A DNA stretch of 64,000 nt from Escherichia coli (GCF_029227855.1 NZ_CP074356.1); one strand, 5' to 3'; shown: positions 47,241 through 59,934, counted from the first letter of the stretch. Numbers and translations are program-made. The notes: generated by a model not told the origin, from the sequence alone.

Positions 47241-48143
47241 ATGGCCAATCTCTACGACTTGAAAAAGTTCGACTTAAATCTTCTTGTCATATTTGAGTGT
47301 ATTTATCAGCATTTAAGCATTAGCAAGGCTGCTGAATCACTATATATCACCCCGTCAGCCGTGAGCCAGTCGTTACAACGCTTACGTGCGCAATTTAATG
47401 ACCCTTTATTCATTCGCTCAGGAAAAGGTATCGCGCCGACGACGACAGGGTTAAATCTGCATCACCATCTTGAGAAAAACCTCAGAGGCCTTGAACAAAC
47501 AATTAATATAGTCAATAAGTCCGAACTAAAGAAAAACTTTATTATCTACGGCCCTCAGCTCATTTCTTGCTCTAATAATAGTATGCTGATCCGCTGCCTA
47601 CGGCAAGATGCCTCTGTCGAGATTGAGTGCCATGATATCCTCATGTCAGCAGAGAATGCTGAAGAACTGTTGGTTCACCGCAAAGCCGATCTGGTGATCA
47701 CCCAAATGCCAGTGATCAGCCGTTCCGTCATTTGCATGCCATTGCATACAATTCGCAATACTCTAATTTGTAGTAATAAGCATCCGCGAATTACTGACAA
47801 TAGCACTTATGAACAAATTATGACAGAAGAGTTCACCCAATTAATATCCAAATCAGCAGGAGTTGATGATATTCAAATGGAAATAGACGAGAAGTTTATG
47901 AATCGCAAAATTTCATTTCGTGGTTCCTCTTTGCTGACAATCATTAATAGCATTGCAGTTACAGATTTACTGGGAATAGTCCCCTATGAACTTTATAACT
48001 CCCACCGTGACTTTCTTAATTTAAAAGAGATAAAACTAGAACATCCGTTACCTTCAATAAAGCTTTACATTTCCTATAATAAATCTTCTTTAAATAATTT
48101 GGTGTTCTCCCGATTTATTGATCGTCTAAATGAGAGTTTTTGA
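47241..48143 (+). CDS. ybdO: LysR-family transcriptional regulator YbdO
   Basis: 300 aa; N-terminal LysR HTH; strongly AT-rich coding sequence. Confidence 0.9.
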   Translation: MANLYDLKKFDLNLLVIFECIYQHLSISKAAESLYITPSAVSQSLQRLRAQFNDPLFIRSGKGIAPTTTGLNLHHHLEKNLRGLEQTINIVNKSELKKNFIIYGPQLISCSNNSMLIRCLRQDASVEIECHDILMSAENAEELLVHRKADLVITQMPVISRSVICMPLHTIRNTLICSNKHPRITDNSTYEQIMTEEFTQLISKSAGVDDIQMEIDEKFMNRKISFRGSSLLTIINSIAVTDLLGIVPYELYNSHRDFLNLKEIKLEHPLPSIKLYISYNKSSLNNLVFSRFIDRLNESF

Positions 48144-48289
48144 TATATAACCTCAGACAGCTATTATAACTTTCACCTATTTATTCACAGCACGAATGAA
48201 AAATAAAACACTCTGCTTTTCAGTGTTTACTTTATAATTAACAGTCTTATCTCACTGATCACCCCGTAACGTTCAGAGAGCGTTTTCAG

Positions 48290-49510
48290 ATGTCTATTTA
48301 TAAAATCCCGCTTCCACTGAATATTCTGGAAGCTGCAAAAGAACGTATTACCTGGACACTTAACACCCTACCCCGTGTCTGCGTTTCTTTTTCGGGTGGT
48401 AAAGATTCCGGATTAATGCTGCATCTGACCGCCGAACTTGCCCGACAAATGGGCAAAAAAATTTGTGTTTTATTTATCGACTGGGAAGCTCAGTTCTCTT
48501 GCACCATTAACTATGTTCAGTCCCTGCGCGAGTTGTACACCGATGTCATCGAAGAGTTTTACTGGGTTGCGCTCCCGCTTACAACGCAAAATTCCCTATC
48601 ACAATACCAACCCGAATGGCAGTGCTGGGAACCTGATGTCGAATGGGTACGTCAGCCCCCGCAAGATGCGATAACCGATCCTGACTTTTTCTCCTTTTAC
48701 CAGCCTGGCATGACCTTCGAACAATTTGTGCGTGAGTTTGCCGAATGGTTTTCGCAAAAACGTCCGGCGGCGATGATGATCGGCATCCGTGCGGATGAGT
48801 CCTACAACCGTTTTGTCGCCATCGCCAGTTTAAATAAACAACGTTTTGCCGATGATAAGCCCTGGACTACTGCCGCACCAGGCGGTCATAGCTGGTACAT
48901 ATACCCCATCTACGACTGGAAAGTCGCTGATATCTGGACCTGGTATGCTAGCCATCAACGCCTCTGTAACCCACTGTATAATATAATGTATCAGGCAGGC
49001 GTTCCTCTACGTCATATGCGAATTTGCGAACCTTTTGGTCCGGAACAACGGCAAGGATTATGGCTCTATCACGTTATCGAACCGGATCGCTGGGCTGCTA
49101 TGTGCGCACGAGTCAGCGGGGTAAAAAGTGGCGGCATTTACGCCGGACATGACAACCATTTTTATGGTCATCGGAAAATCCTCAAGCCCGAACATTTAGA
49201 CTGGCAGGAGTATGCATTATTGCTACTCAACAGCATGCCGGAGAAAACAGCTGAGCATTATCGCAATAAAATCGCCATTTATTTGCACTGGTATCAGAAA
49301 AAAGGCATCGAGGTTCCACAAACCCAGCAAGGGGACATTGGCGCGAAAGATATCCCCTCCTGGCGGCGAATATGCAAAGTTTTACTCAATAACGATTACT
49401 GGTGTCGGGCATTATCATTTAGCCCGACCAAAGCGAAGAACTATCAGCGTTATAACGAACGAATAAAAGGAAAACGTCAGGAATGGGGGATACTATGCAA
49501 CAACGATTAA
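48290..49510 (+). CDS. ybdN: PP-loop ATP pyrophosphatase of the PAPS-reductase superfamily, YbdN
   Basis: 406 aa; PP-loop SGGKDS (in VSFSGGKDSGLM) near N-terminus; 3' end overlaps ybdM. Confidence 0.9.
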   Translation: MSIYKIPLPLNILEAAKERITWTLNTLPRVCVSFSGGKDSGLMLHLTAELARQMGKKICVLFIDWEAQFSCTINYVQSLRELYTDVIEEFYWVALPLTTQNSLSQYQPEWQCWEPDVEWVRQPPQDAITDPDFFSFYQPGMTFEQFVREFAEWFSQKRPAAMMIGIRADESYNRFVAIASLNKQRFADDKPWTTAAPGGHSWYIYPIYDWKVADIWTWYASHQRLCNPLYNIMYQAGVPLRHMRICEPFGPEQRQGLWLYHVIEPDRWAAMCARVSGVKSGGIYAGHDNHFYGHRKILKPEHLDWQEYALLLLNSMPEKTAEHYRNKIAIYLHWYQKKGIEVPQTQQGDIGAKDIPSWRRICKVLLNNDYWCRALSFSPTKAKNYQRYNERIKGKRQEWGILCNND

Positions 49511-50112
49511 CGCAGGATTTAACCCAATTTCTCGCCAGCTTGCCGGAAGACGATCGCATCAAAGCGATTAATGAAATCCGCATGGCGATCCATCAGGTTA
49601 GCCCCTTTCGAGAAGAGCCAGTGGATTGCGTTCTGTGGGTTAAAAACAGCCAACTTATGCCTAATGATTACAACCCAAACAACGTGGCACCACCCGAAAA
49701 AAAACTGCTGAAAAAATCCATTGAAATAGATGGTTTTACCCAACCCATTGTGGTCACGCATACGGATAAAAATGCCCTGGAAATCGTGGATGGTTTTCAC
49801 CGCCATGAAATTGGTAAAGGCTCATCATCGTTAAAATTACGCTTAAAAGGTTATTTGCCGGTGACCTGTCTGGAAGGTACGCGTAATCAACGCATCGCCG
49901 CGACTATTCGTCATAATCGCGCCCGTGGACGTCACCAAATCACTGCCATGTCAGAAATCGTCCGTGAACTCAGCCAGTTGGGATGGGACGATCATAAAAT
50001 CGGCAAAGAGCTGGGAATGGACAGCGACGAAGTGCTACGCCTGAAGCAAATTAACGGCCTGCAAGAGTTGTTTGCCGACCGTCAATATTCCCGCGCCTGG
50101 ACGGTTAAATAG
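49483..50112 (+). CDS. ybdM: ParB/sulfiredoxin-like domain protein YbdM
   Basis: 209 aa; ParB N-domain-like signature (PIVV...ALEIVDGFHRH); alternative ATG at 49495 has a better-spaced ggggga RBS. Confidence 0.88.
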   Translation: MGDTMQQRLTQDLTQFLASLPEDDRIKAINEIRMAIHQVSPFREEPVDCVLWVKNSQLMPNDYNPNNVAPPEKKLLKKSIEIDGFTQPIVVTHTDKNALEIVDGFHRHEIGKGSSSLKLRLKGYLPVTCLEGTRNQRIAATIRHNRARGRHQITAMSEIVRELSQLGWDDHKIGKELGMDSDEVLRLKQINGLQELFADRQYSRAWTVK

Positions 50113-51273
50113 CTAAAGCTGGCGCAGGCGTTCAGCTGCTGCCAGCAACGTCGATTCCTTCTTGGCAAAACAGAGACGAATCAGTTTATGTGGGAAGGGA
50201 TCGGCGCAAAACACCGATAGCGGAATCGCCGCTACGCCGTGCTCCTGCGTCAGCCACTGGCAAAACTCAACGTCATCCAGCGTAGACACGGCGCTGTAAT
50301 CCACCAGCAAAAAGTATGTACCTTCGCACGGTAAAATCTCCAGCCGACTCTCACTTAAGGCATTCACCAGAATATCGCGTTTCTGGCGATAAAAGTCCGG
50401 TAACGCAAGATAATGCTCAGGTTCTGCACGTAGCATATCCGCAAGTGCCAGCTGTGCCGGGGTATTCACCGAAAAGGTCAGATACTGATGTACCTTGCGA
50501 ATTTCGGCACTGATGGGCGCTGGCGCAACGCAATAACCCACTTTCCAGCCGGTCATATGATAGGTCTTGCCAAACGATGACACCGCCACCGCCCGCTCAC
50601 GCAGCTGCGGATGCGCCAGCACGCTGGCATGGCCCTGTTGTGAAAAGTTGATGTGCTCGTAAACTTCATCGCTAATGACAAAAATCTCGTGCCCGGCAAT
50701 TGCCTGCCACAAAGCGGCGAAATCAGCCTGCTGCCAGACAGTTGCACTGGGGTTATGCGGGGTGTTGAGGATCACCAGTCGGGTGCGCTCGCTTAACAAT
50801 GCGGCAAATTCCTGCCAGTCCACGCGAAAATGCGGTGGTTGCAGTGCAATACGTTTCACTATTCCCCCCGAAAGCGCGATGGCGGGCGCGTAACTGTCAT
50901 AGCTGGGATCAAAGCAGATCACTTCATCACCATTGCGCACCAATGCGGTAATCGCTGCATATAACGCTTCCGTCGCCCCTGCCGTTACGGTGATATCACT
51001 ATCGGCATCCGGTTGATAGCCATACAGACGTTCCGTTTTCTGAGCAATCGCCTCGCGCAAGGCCTGCACGCCAGTCATAGGCGCGTATTGGTTTGCCCCC
51101 TGGTCAACATGGTACGCCAGCCGCTCCTGCAAATAGCGCGGACCATCAAAATCAGGAAAGCCTTGCGACAGGTTAATCGCCTGGTGTTGCTGCGCCAGCG
51201 CGCTCATCTGGGTGAAAATAGTGGTGCCAAGTTGTGGAAGTTTGCTTTGTGGAATCAGAGGGTTATTTGTCAT
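50113..51273 (-). CDS. ybdL: PLP-dependent methionine aminotransferase YbdL
   Basis: 386 aa class I/II aminotransferase; stop codon abuts ybdM stop. Confidence 0.93.
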   Translation of the reverse strand: MTNNPLIPQSKLPQLGTTIFTQMSALAQQHQAINLSQGFPDFDGPRYLQERLAYHVDQGANQYAPMTGVQALREAIAQKTERLYGYQPDADSDITVTAGATEALYAAITALVRNGDEVICFDPSYDSYAPAIALSGGIVKRIALQPPHFRVDWQEFAALLSERTRLVILNTPHNPSATVWQQADFAALWQAIAGHEIFVISDEVYEHINFSQQGHASVLAHPQLRERAVAVSSFGKTYHMTGWKVGYCVAPAPISAEIRKVHQYLTFSVNTPAQLALADMLRAEPEHYLALPDFYRQKRDILVNALSESRLEILPCEGTYFLLVDYSAVSTLDDVEFCQWLTQEHGVAAIPLSVFCADPFPHKLIRLCFAKKESTLLAAAERLRQL

Positions 51274-51382
51274 TTTTTATTGTGCCTGACGAAGTTGCGT
51301 GTTGAAGGCACTATAACACGATGCTAGTATTTGGCAATCAAGACGTTTAGATGTCTAAATAAAACAATAGGGACAACACAAC

Positions 51383-52471
51383 ATGCCTCACAATCCTATC
51401 CGCGTGGTCGTCGGCCCGGCTAACTACTTTTCACATCCAGGAAGTTTCAATCACCTGCACGATTTTTTCACTGATGAACAACTTTCTCGCGCGGTGTGGA
51501 TCTACGGCGAACGCGCCATTGCTGCGGCGCAAACAAAACTTCCGCCAGCGTTTGAACTGCCAGGGGCAAAGCATATTTTGTTTCGCGGCCATTGCAGCGA
51601 AAGCGATGTACAACAACTGGCGGCTGAGTCCGGTGACGATCGCAGCGTGGTGATTGGCGTCGGCGGCGGCGCACTGCTCGACACCGCGAAAGCCCTCGCC
51701 CGCCGTCTCGGTCTGCCGTTTGTTGCCGTTCCGACGATCGCCGCCACCTGCGCCGCCTGGACACCGCTCTCCGTCTGGTATAACGATGCCGGACAGGCGC
51801 TGCATTATGAGATTTTCGACGACGCCAATTTTATGGTGCTGGTGGAACCGGAGATTATCCTCAATGCGCCGCAAGAATATCTGCTGGCGGGGATCGGTGA
51901 CACGCTGGCGAAATGGTATGAAGCGGTGGTGCTGGCTCCGCAACCAGAAACGTTGCCGCTAACCGTGCGGCTAGGGATCAATAATGCGCAGGCTATTCGC
52001 GACGTCTTGTTAAACAGTAGCGAACAGGCGCTGAGCGATCAGCAAAATCACCAGTTAACGCAATCATTTTGCGATGTGGTGGATGCGATTATCGCCGGAG
52101 GTGGAATGGTCGGTGGTCTGGGCGATCGTTTTACGCGTGTGGCGGCGGCCCATGCCGTGCATAACGGTCTAACCGTGCTGCCGCAAACCGAGAAGTTTCT
52201 TCACGGCACCAAAGTCGCCTACGGAATTCTGGTGCAAAGCGCCTTGCTGGGTCAGGATGATGTGCTGGCGCAATTAACTGGAGCGTATCAGCGTTTTCAT
52301 CTGCCGACTACGCTGGCGGAGCTGGAAGTGGATATCAATAATCAGGCGGAGATCGACAAAGTGATTGCCCACACCTTGCGTCCGGTGGAATCCATTCATT
52401 ACCTGCCGGTCACGCTGACACCGGATACGTTGCGTGCAGCGTTCGAAAAAGTGGAATCGTTTAAAGCCTGA
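51383..52471 (+). CDS. ybdH: Iron-containing (glycerol dehydrogenase-like) hydroxycarboxylate dehydrogenase YbdH
   Basis: 362 aa; GGGxxxD nucleotide-binding motif (GVGGGALLDTAK). Confidence 0.92.
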   Translation: MPHNPIRVVVGPANYFSHPGSFNHLHDFFTDEQLSRAVWIYGERAIAAAQTKLPPAFELPGAKHILFRGHCSESDVQQLAAESGDDRSVVIGVGGGALLDTAKALARRLGLPFVAVPTIAATCAAWTPLSVWYNDAGQALHYEIFDDANFMVLVEPEIILNAPQEYLLAGIGDTLAKWYEAVVLAPQPETLPLTVRLGINNAQAIRDVLLNSSEQALSDQQNHQLTQSFCDVVDAIIAGGGMVGGLGDRFTRVAAAHAVHNGLTVLPQTEKFLHGTKVAYGILVQSALLGQDDVLAQLTGAYQRFHLPTTLAELEVDINNQAEIDKVIAHTLRPVESIHYLPVTLTPDTLRAAFEKVESFKA

Positions 52472-52480
52472 CGTACATAT

Positions 52481-52678
52481 TTAGCAGCAGCGCGCGCCGC
52501 CTTTTCCACCGTAGCGCGCGTCCTGCCGCTCACGGAAAAACTCCTCGTAGGTCATCGGCGTTTGATCGGGATGGTTAACCCGCATATGTTCGACATAGTT
52601 GTCGTAATCAGGCATACCAATCATCAGTTTCGCCGCCTGACCTAAATATTTTCCGGCTTTTGCCAGTGAATCAAACAT
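52481..52678 (-). CDS. ybdD: DUF466 small protein YbdD
   Basis: 65 aa ORF directly downstream of cstA on the same strand. Confidence 0.85.
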   Translation of the reverse strand: MFDSLAKAGKYLGQAAKLMIGMPDYDNYVEHMRVNHPDQTPMTYEEFFRERQDARYGGKGGARCC

Positions 52679-52790
52679 CTAAACCTCCGGTAATACAAAT
52701 GCCCTCCTGAATTAAGAGGGCTTAATTGCTATCAACACGCTCGGGCTGAGAGTAAGGGGAACGCTCAGCACATCCCCCCTCACTCTGACT

Positions 52791-54896
52791 TTAGTGCGCG
52801 CCTTTCGCCTGCGCCACGATCTCCTCGACATTTTCCGGCATTGGCTCATACGGCGTTTCTTTCGCCGTTGGCTTCGGCTCTTTCAATGCCGCCAGTGCCG
52901 TCTTAATCGAGAACAGCGCCAGAACCACCACGACCACCATAAAGAAGATGGTTAACCCGGCATCCAGACGGTTGTTGAACACCAGTTGCGCCAGCTGTGA
53001 CTCAGTATACTGCGACGGAATATTGCCGCTGTCGATCATTGCCTGGAACTTATTAGCAATGGCCAGGAAGCCGACTTTCGCATCCGGGCTAAACGCTTTC
53101 TGCCAGCCTGCGGTCAGGGTACAAATCAGCAGCCAGGCCGTTGGTACCAGCGCCACCCAGGCGTAACGTTGACGTTTCATTTTGAACAGCACCACAGCAC
53201 AGAGCATCAGCGCCATCCCTGCCAGCATCTGGTTGGCAATACCAAACAGCGGCCACAAGGTGTTAATACCGCCCAGCGGATCGACCACACCCTGATGGAG
53301 GAAATAGCCCCACGCCAGTACGCACAGCGCCGTTGCCAGCAGGTTAGCAGGCAGTGAATCGGTCCGTTTCAGGCCCGGAGACACCACGCCCAGCAGATCC
53401 TGCAACATAAAGCGCGCAGCACGCGTACCTGCATCCACCGCCGTCAGAATAAACAGTGCTTCAAACAAAATGGCGAAGTGATACCAGAACGCCACATCCA
53501 TCATGCCGCCCAGCGCGCCGTGCAGAATGTAGGCCATCCCCACCGCCAGCGTCGGCGCACCGCCCGCACGGGAAATGATCGACTGTTCACCCACTTCGCT
53601 GGCAATCTGGTTGAGCGTATCTGGTGTAATGCTAAAGCCCCAGCTACTCACCACCTGCGCGGCAGAAGCGACTACATCCGCCGTCCCTGCAGGAGCCAGC
53701 ACCGCCATCGGGCTGTTCATGGCGAAGTACACACCTGGATCGATGATACAGGCGGAAACCAGCGCCATAATCGCCACGAAGGATTCCATCAACATCCCAC
53801 CGTAGCCGATAAAGCACGCCTGCCCTTCGTTCGCCAGCATCTTCGGCGTGGTGCCGGAAGAGATCAGCGCATGGAAGCCAGACACCGCGCCACAGGCGAT
53901 GGTGATAAACAGGAACGGGAACAGGTTACCGGTCCATACCGGGCCAGTGCCATCGACAAATTTAGTTAGCGCAGGCATGGTCAGCGTCGGGCGCATAATC
54001 AAAATGCCCACCGCCAGACCGACGATAGTCCCGATTTTCAGGAAGGTAGAGAGGTAGTCACGCGGAGCCAGCAGCAACCACACCGGCAGCACCGCCGCCA
54101 CAAAACCGTAACCCACCAGCATCCAGGTCAGCTGCACGCCGGTAAAGTCAAAGTACGGTGCCCAGGTCGGACTTTCTGCCACCCAGCCGCCAGAGATAAT
54201 GGCGAAAATCAGGAACACCAGACCAATCACCGACACTTCGCCAATACGCCCCGGACGCAAATAGCGCAGGTAGATCCCCATGAACAGCGCCAGCGGAATG
54301 GTGAACGCAACGGTATACGTTCCCCACGGGCTATGAGTCAGGGCTTTCACCACGATCATCGCCAGCACGGCAAGGATAATGACCATGATCATAAAGCAGG
54401 CCACCAGCGCAATCACCCCGGCGGTTGGCCCCATCTCTTCTTTGACCAACTCACCCAGCGAGCGACCATCGCGGCGCGTAGAAACAAACAGCACCATGAA
54501 ATCTTGCACCGCACCGGCGAGAACCACCCCAGCGAGCAGCCAGATCATCCCCGGCAGGTAGCCCATTTGCGCTGCCAGCACCGGCCCCACCAATGGACCT
54601 GCTCCGGCGATGGCCGCAAAATGGTGACCGAACAGCACTTTCTTGTCCGTCGGCACATAGTCCAGCCCGTCGTTATGGCGCACCGCGGGCGTCATACGCG
54701 TCGGGTCAACCGCCAGCACATTTTTGGCGATATACAGACCATAAAAACGGTAAGCGATCAGATAGATACAGACCGACGCCACCACAATCCACAGCGCATT
54801 GATCTGTTCCCCACGATTTAAAGCAATATATCCCAGAGCAAATGCTCCCATTACAGAGAGCACTGTCCAGACGAGGTATTTCCCTGATTTGTTCAT
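52791..54896 (-). CDS. cstA: Carbon starvation protein A (peptide/pyruvate transporter family)
   Basis: 701 aa polytopic membrane protein. Confidence 0.95.
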   Translation of the reverse strand: MNKSGKYLVWTVLSVMGAFALGYIALNRGEQINALWIVVASVCIYLIAYRFYGLYIAKNVLAVDPTRMTPAVRHNDGLDYVPTDKKVLFGHHFAAIAGAGPLVGPVLAAQMGYLPGMIWLLAGVVLAGAVQDFMVLFVSTRRDGRSLGELVKEEMGPTAGVIALVACFMIMVIILAVLAMIVVKALTHSPWGTYTVAFTIPLALFMGIYLRYLRPGRIGEVSVIGLVFLIFAIISGGWVAESPTWAPYFDFTGVQLTWMLVGYGFVAAVLPVWLLLAPRDYLSTFLKIGTIVGLAVGILIMRPTLTMPALTKFVDGTGPVWTGNLFPFLFITIACGAVSGFHALISSGTTPKMLANEGQACFIGYGGMLMESFVAIMALVSACIIDPGVYFAMNSPMAVLAPAGTADVVASAAQVVSSWGFSITPDTLNQIASEVGEQSIISRAGGAPTLAVGMAYILHGALGGMMDVAFWYHFAILFEALFILTAVDAGTRAARFMLQDLLGVVSPGLKRTDSLPANLLATALCVLAWGYFLHQGVVDPLGGINTLWPLFGIANQMLAGMALMLCAVVLFKMKRQRYAWVALVPTAWLLICTLTAGWQKAFSPDAKVGFLAIANKFQAMIDSGNIPSQYTESQLAQLVFNNRLDAGLTIFFMVVVVVLALFSIKTALAALKEPKPTAKETPYEPMPENVEEIVAQAKGAH

Positions 54897-55016
54897 AGTT
54901 GTTATCCGTGTGCGTGTCCATAGAGATGTTACATTTTGTTTCTATAACATCTTTGTGCAATTTAACAACACAGCAACCATGTAAATCGGAGTTGAAACCA
55001 ATATTTAACTTAACAA

Positions 55017-55032
55017 TGTTAACTCGATCACT
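55017..55032. promoter_or_regulatory. Candidate CRP site upstream of cstA
   Basis: TGTTA-N6-TCACT, 8/10 match to TGTGA-N6-TCACA, about 120 bp upstream of cstA ATG. Confidence 0.3.
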
Positions 55033-55076
55033 CCGTTAACCGAGTTTTCCTGCAATCTCATTTAATTCTGTCGGGC

Positions 55077-56238
<1,162 letters not shown>

Positions 56239-56239
<1 letters not shown>

Positions 56240-57096
56240 TATTTCACCTCGCGGGAAAGTAGCTTCCACCAGGCGTCGATGGTCGGGTTTTTCGCCAGCA
56301 TGACAAAGTCGATATCGCCATGCACTTTGCGCCAGCGCGCCGCCAGCGCCATCATCCGCACCGAATCCAGACCGTAGTCGATCAGGTTGTCGTCATCGAA
56401 CGGTTCATCGGACTCGTCCAGCAACGGCAGGATCACCTCACGCAGCGCCGCTTTGCTGGCGGGGACAGGTGCTGGCAGCAATTCTTCGGTCATCACCACC
56501 CGGCCAGAACGTCCGGCCACATATTTCAGCGACATCAAATGCTCGTCACGGCTGAAATCAGCCAGCGCATCCGCCACCATAAACGGTTTAATATCGCGCA
56601 TAAATGCGTCCGTTGCGGTGGTCATACAGCCAATGTGGGCATATACCCCGGTAATAATCAGCTGGTTACGTCCACTCTCTTTCAGCATTTGCTCCAGCGG
56701 GGAACGATGAAACGCGCTGTAGCGCCACTTCACCAGCACCGTGTCGTCGGCATCTGGCGTCAGGCGATCCACCACCTTTTGCTGTTCCGGCGAACGGGTC
56801 AGGCCAGGCCCCCACATATCATTCAACAGCGCCCGATCTTCATCGCTCTGCTCTTTCGGCTGGGCGGTGTAATAAACCGGGATATTGTGCTGTTTGCAGT
56901 AGTCGCGTAGTGCCGCAATATTCGCGATCACCTGCTCCATCATCGGGCAGTTCTCGCCCCAGAAGCTGACAAAATAGTCCTGCATATCATGGATTAACAA
57001 CGCGGCACGTTGCGGTTCAAAGGCCCAGTCAACTTTATTCTGCGGAATATCGTGAGACTCCGGCAGTGCGTAAGCCTGTAATTTTGGAATAGCCAT
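56239..57096 (-). CDS. entB: Isochorismatase / aryl carrier protein EntB
   Basis: 285 aa; N-terminal isochorismatase, C-terminal ArCP domain. Confidence 0.95.
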
Positions 57097-57109
57097 CGTG
57101 TTCTCTCCT

Positions 57110-58720
57110 TCAGGCTGATGCGCGTGACGCCAGCCACTGACGTAATTGTTTTTTATCGACTTTCCCGACCGCCGTCAGCGGAAGTGAATCCACACACTCC
57201 ACGCGATCCGGTAATTTAAATTCGGCAATACCCTGTTCACGCAGGAAACGACGCACCTGCACCGCGCGTAGAGGCTCTTTTACCACCAGATAAGCACAGC
57301 TTTTTTCGCCCATCAGCTCATCTTCCATACTCACCAGTGCGGCGTAGATCACCGCCGGATGGCGCAGCAGCAGGTTTTCGATCTCTTCGGCAGCGATCTT
57401 CTCGCCGCCACGGTTGATCTGATCTTTCTCGCGCCCCTGCACGGTGATGTACCCCTCTGGATCAATAGAGATCAGATCACCAGAACAGTAAAAACCGTTG
57501 GCATCAAAGGCGCTGGCATTGTGCTGCGGGCTTTTGTAATAGCCGCGGAAGGTGTACGGACCGCGCGTCATCAGGCGTCCGACTTCCCCTTGCGGCAGTG
57601 GATTTCCTTCGGCATCGGCAACCCACACTTCATCGTCCGGACACATTGGATAGCCCTGGGTATGGATTATTTTCTCCGCGCTATCATCAAGTCGGGTGTA
57701 GTTCACCAGTCCTTCCGCCATGCCGAATACCTGCTGTAACTGGCAGCCAATCTCTGCGGGAATACGCGCCGCAAGCGTGGCAGAAAGACGTGCACCACCG
57801 ACCTGTAACAGTTTCAGCGAGGCAAGCTGCGCCCGGCTTTCGCCTTCGGTCAGCGCCTGTAACCACAGGCTGACTGCGGGTGGCACCAGCGCGGTGACGT
57901 TCACCTGATGTTTTTCAATCAATGGGAAGCAGAGCGTGGCGCTGGGGTCGGCAGCCAGAACGACAGTGCCGCCAGCGAGAAATACGCCCAGCGATCCTGG
58001 CGAACTCATGGCGTAGTTATGAGCCGCCGGGATCGCGCACAGGTAGCGTGTCTGTTGTGTGAACTGACAAATCTCGACGCTACGACGCACGCTGTAGTAA
58101 TAGTCGTTATGAGTGCGCGGGATCAGTTTCGGTGTGCCGGTGGTGCCGCCGGAAAGCTGGAAATAGGCCACTTCATCAGCAGGTGACGGCGTGGCAGTAA
58201 AATCCTCAGCCGGATGGTTAATCGCATCCTGCAAATTATGCTCACCGCTGTCGTTGTGCAGTTGCACCACGCGAATGGAGGAATGCTCTGCAACAAATGT
58301 ATTGAGGAAATCATCTCCGCTAAACAGCGCATGCTGGCGATCGGCAATCAGTAACGCCGGTTCAATCTGGCTGGCATAGGCGTTCAGTTCACTACGCTGA
58401 TGGCTGAACAGCGCCAGCACCGGCGAAACGCCCAGTTTCAGCAGCGCGAAAAAAGTAATGTAAAGTTCAGCGACGTTACCCAGTTGTACCAGCGCAGTTT
58501 CACCAGGTTTAATGCCCTGACGGCGCAAACTACACGCGAGGTTATCCGCCGCCTGATTCAGCTCCCGGTAACTCAACTGCCGCTCGCCGTCGATGACCGC
58601 GATGCTGTCGCTTGCGGCATGACGGGTCAGAATGTCGGTCAGCGGCAAATCCTGCCAGTAGCCTTTTTCCCGATAGCGACGGGCAAACTCTTCCGGCCAG
58701 CGGGTGAATGGAATGCTCAT
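57110..58720 (-). CDS. entE: 2,3-dihydroxybenzoate-AMP ligase EntE
   Basis: 536 aa; AMP-binding motif SGGTTGTPK. Confidence 0.95.
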   Translation of the reverse strand: MSIPFTRWPEEFARRYREKGYWQDLPLTDILTRHAASDSIAVIDGERQLSYRELNQAADNLACSLRRQGIKPGETALVQLGNVAELYITFFALLKLGVSPVLALFSHQRSELNAYASQIEPALLIADRQHALFSGDDFLNTFVAEHSSIRVVQLHNDSGEHNLQDAINHPAEDFTATPSPADEVAYFQLSGGTTGTPKLIPRTHNDYYYSVRRSVEICQFTQQTRYLCAIPAAHNYAMSSPGSLGVFLAGGTVVLAADPSATLCFPLIEKHQVNVTALVPPAVSLWLQALTEGESRAQLASLKLLQVGGARLSATLAARIPAEIGCQLQQVFGMAEGLVNYTRLDDSAEKIIHTQGYPMCPDDEVWVADAEGNPLPQGEVGRLMTRGPYTFRGYYKSPQHNASAFDANGFYCSGDLISIDPEGYITVQGREKDQINRGGEKIAAEEIENLLLRHPAVIYAALVSMEDELMGEKSCAYLVVKEPLRAVQVRRFLREQGIAEFKLPDRVECVDSLPLTAVGKVDKKQLRQWLASRASA

Positions 58721-58729
58721 CCTCACTCC

Positions 58730-59905
<1,176 letters not shown>

Positions 59906-59934
59906 ATCATCCTCCACAAAATGATAAAGGCTTT

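Noticed and set aside
51346-51359. Short palindrome tttaga-tg-tctaaa in the ybdL-ybdH divergent region as an operator
   Set aside because: A 6-bp half-site palindrome in AT-rich DNA is expected by chance; it is not enough to call a binding site.
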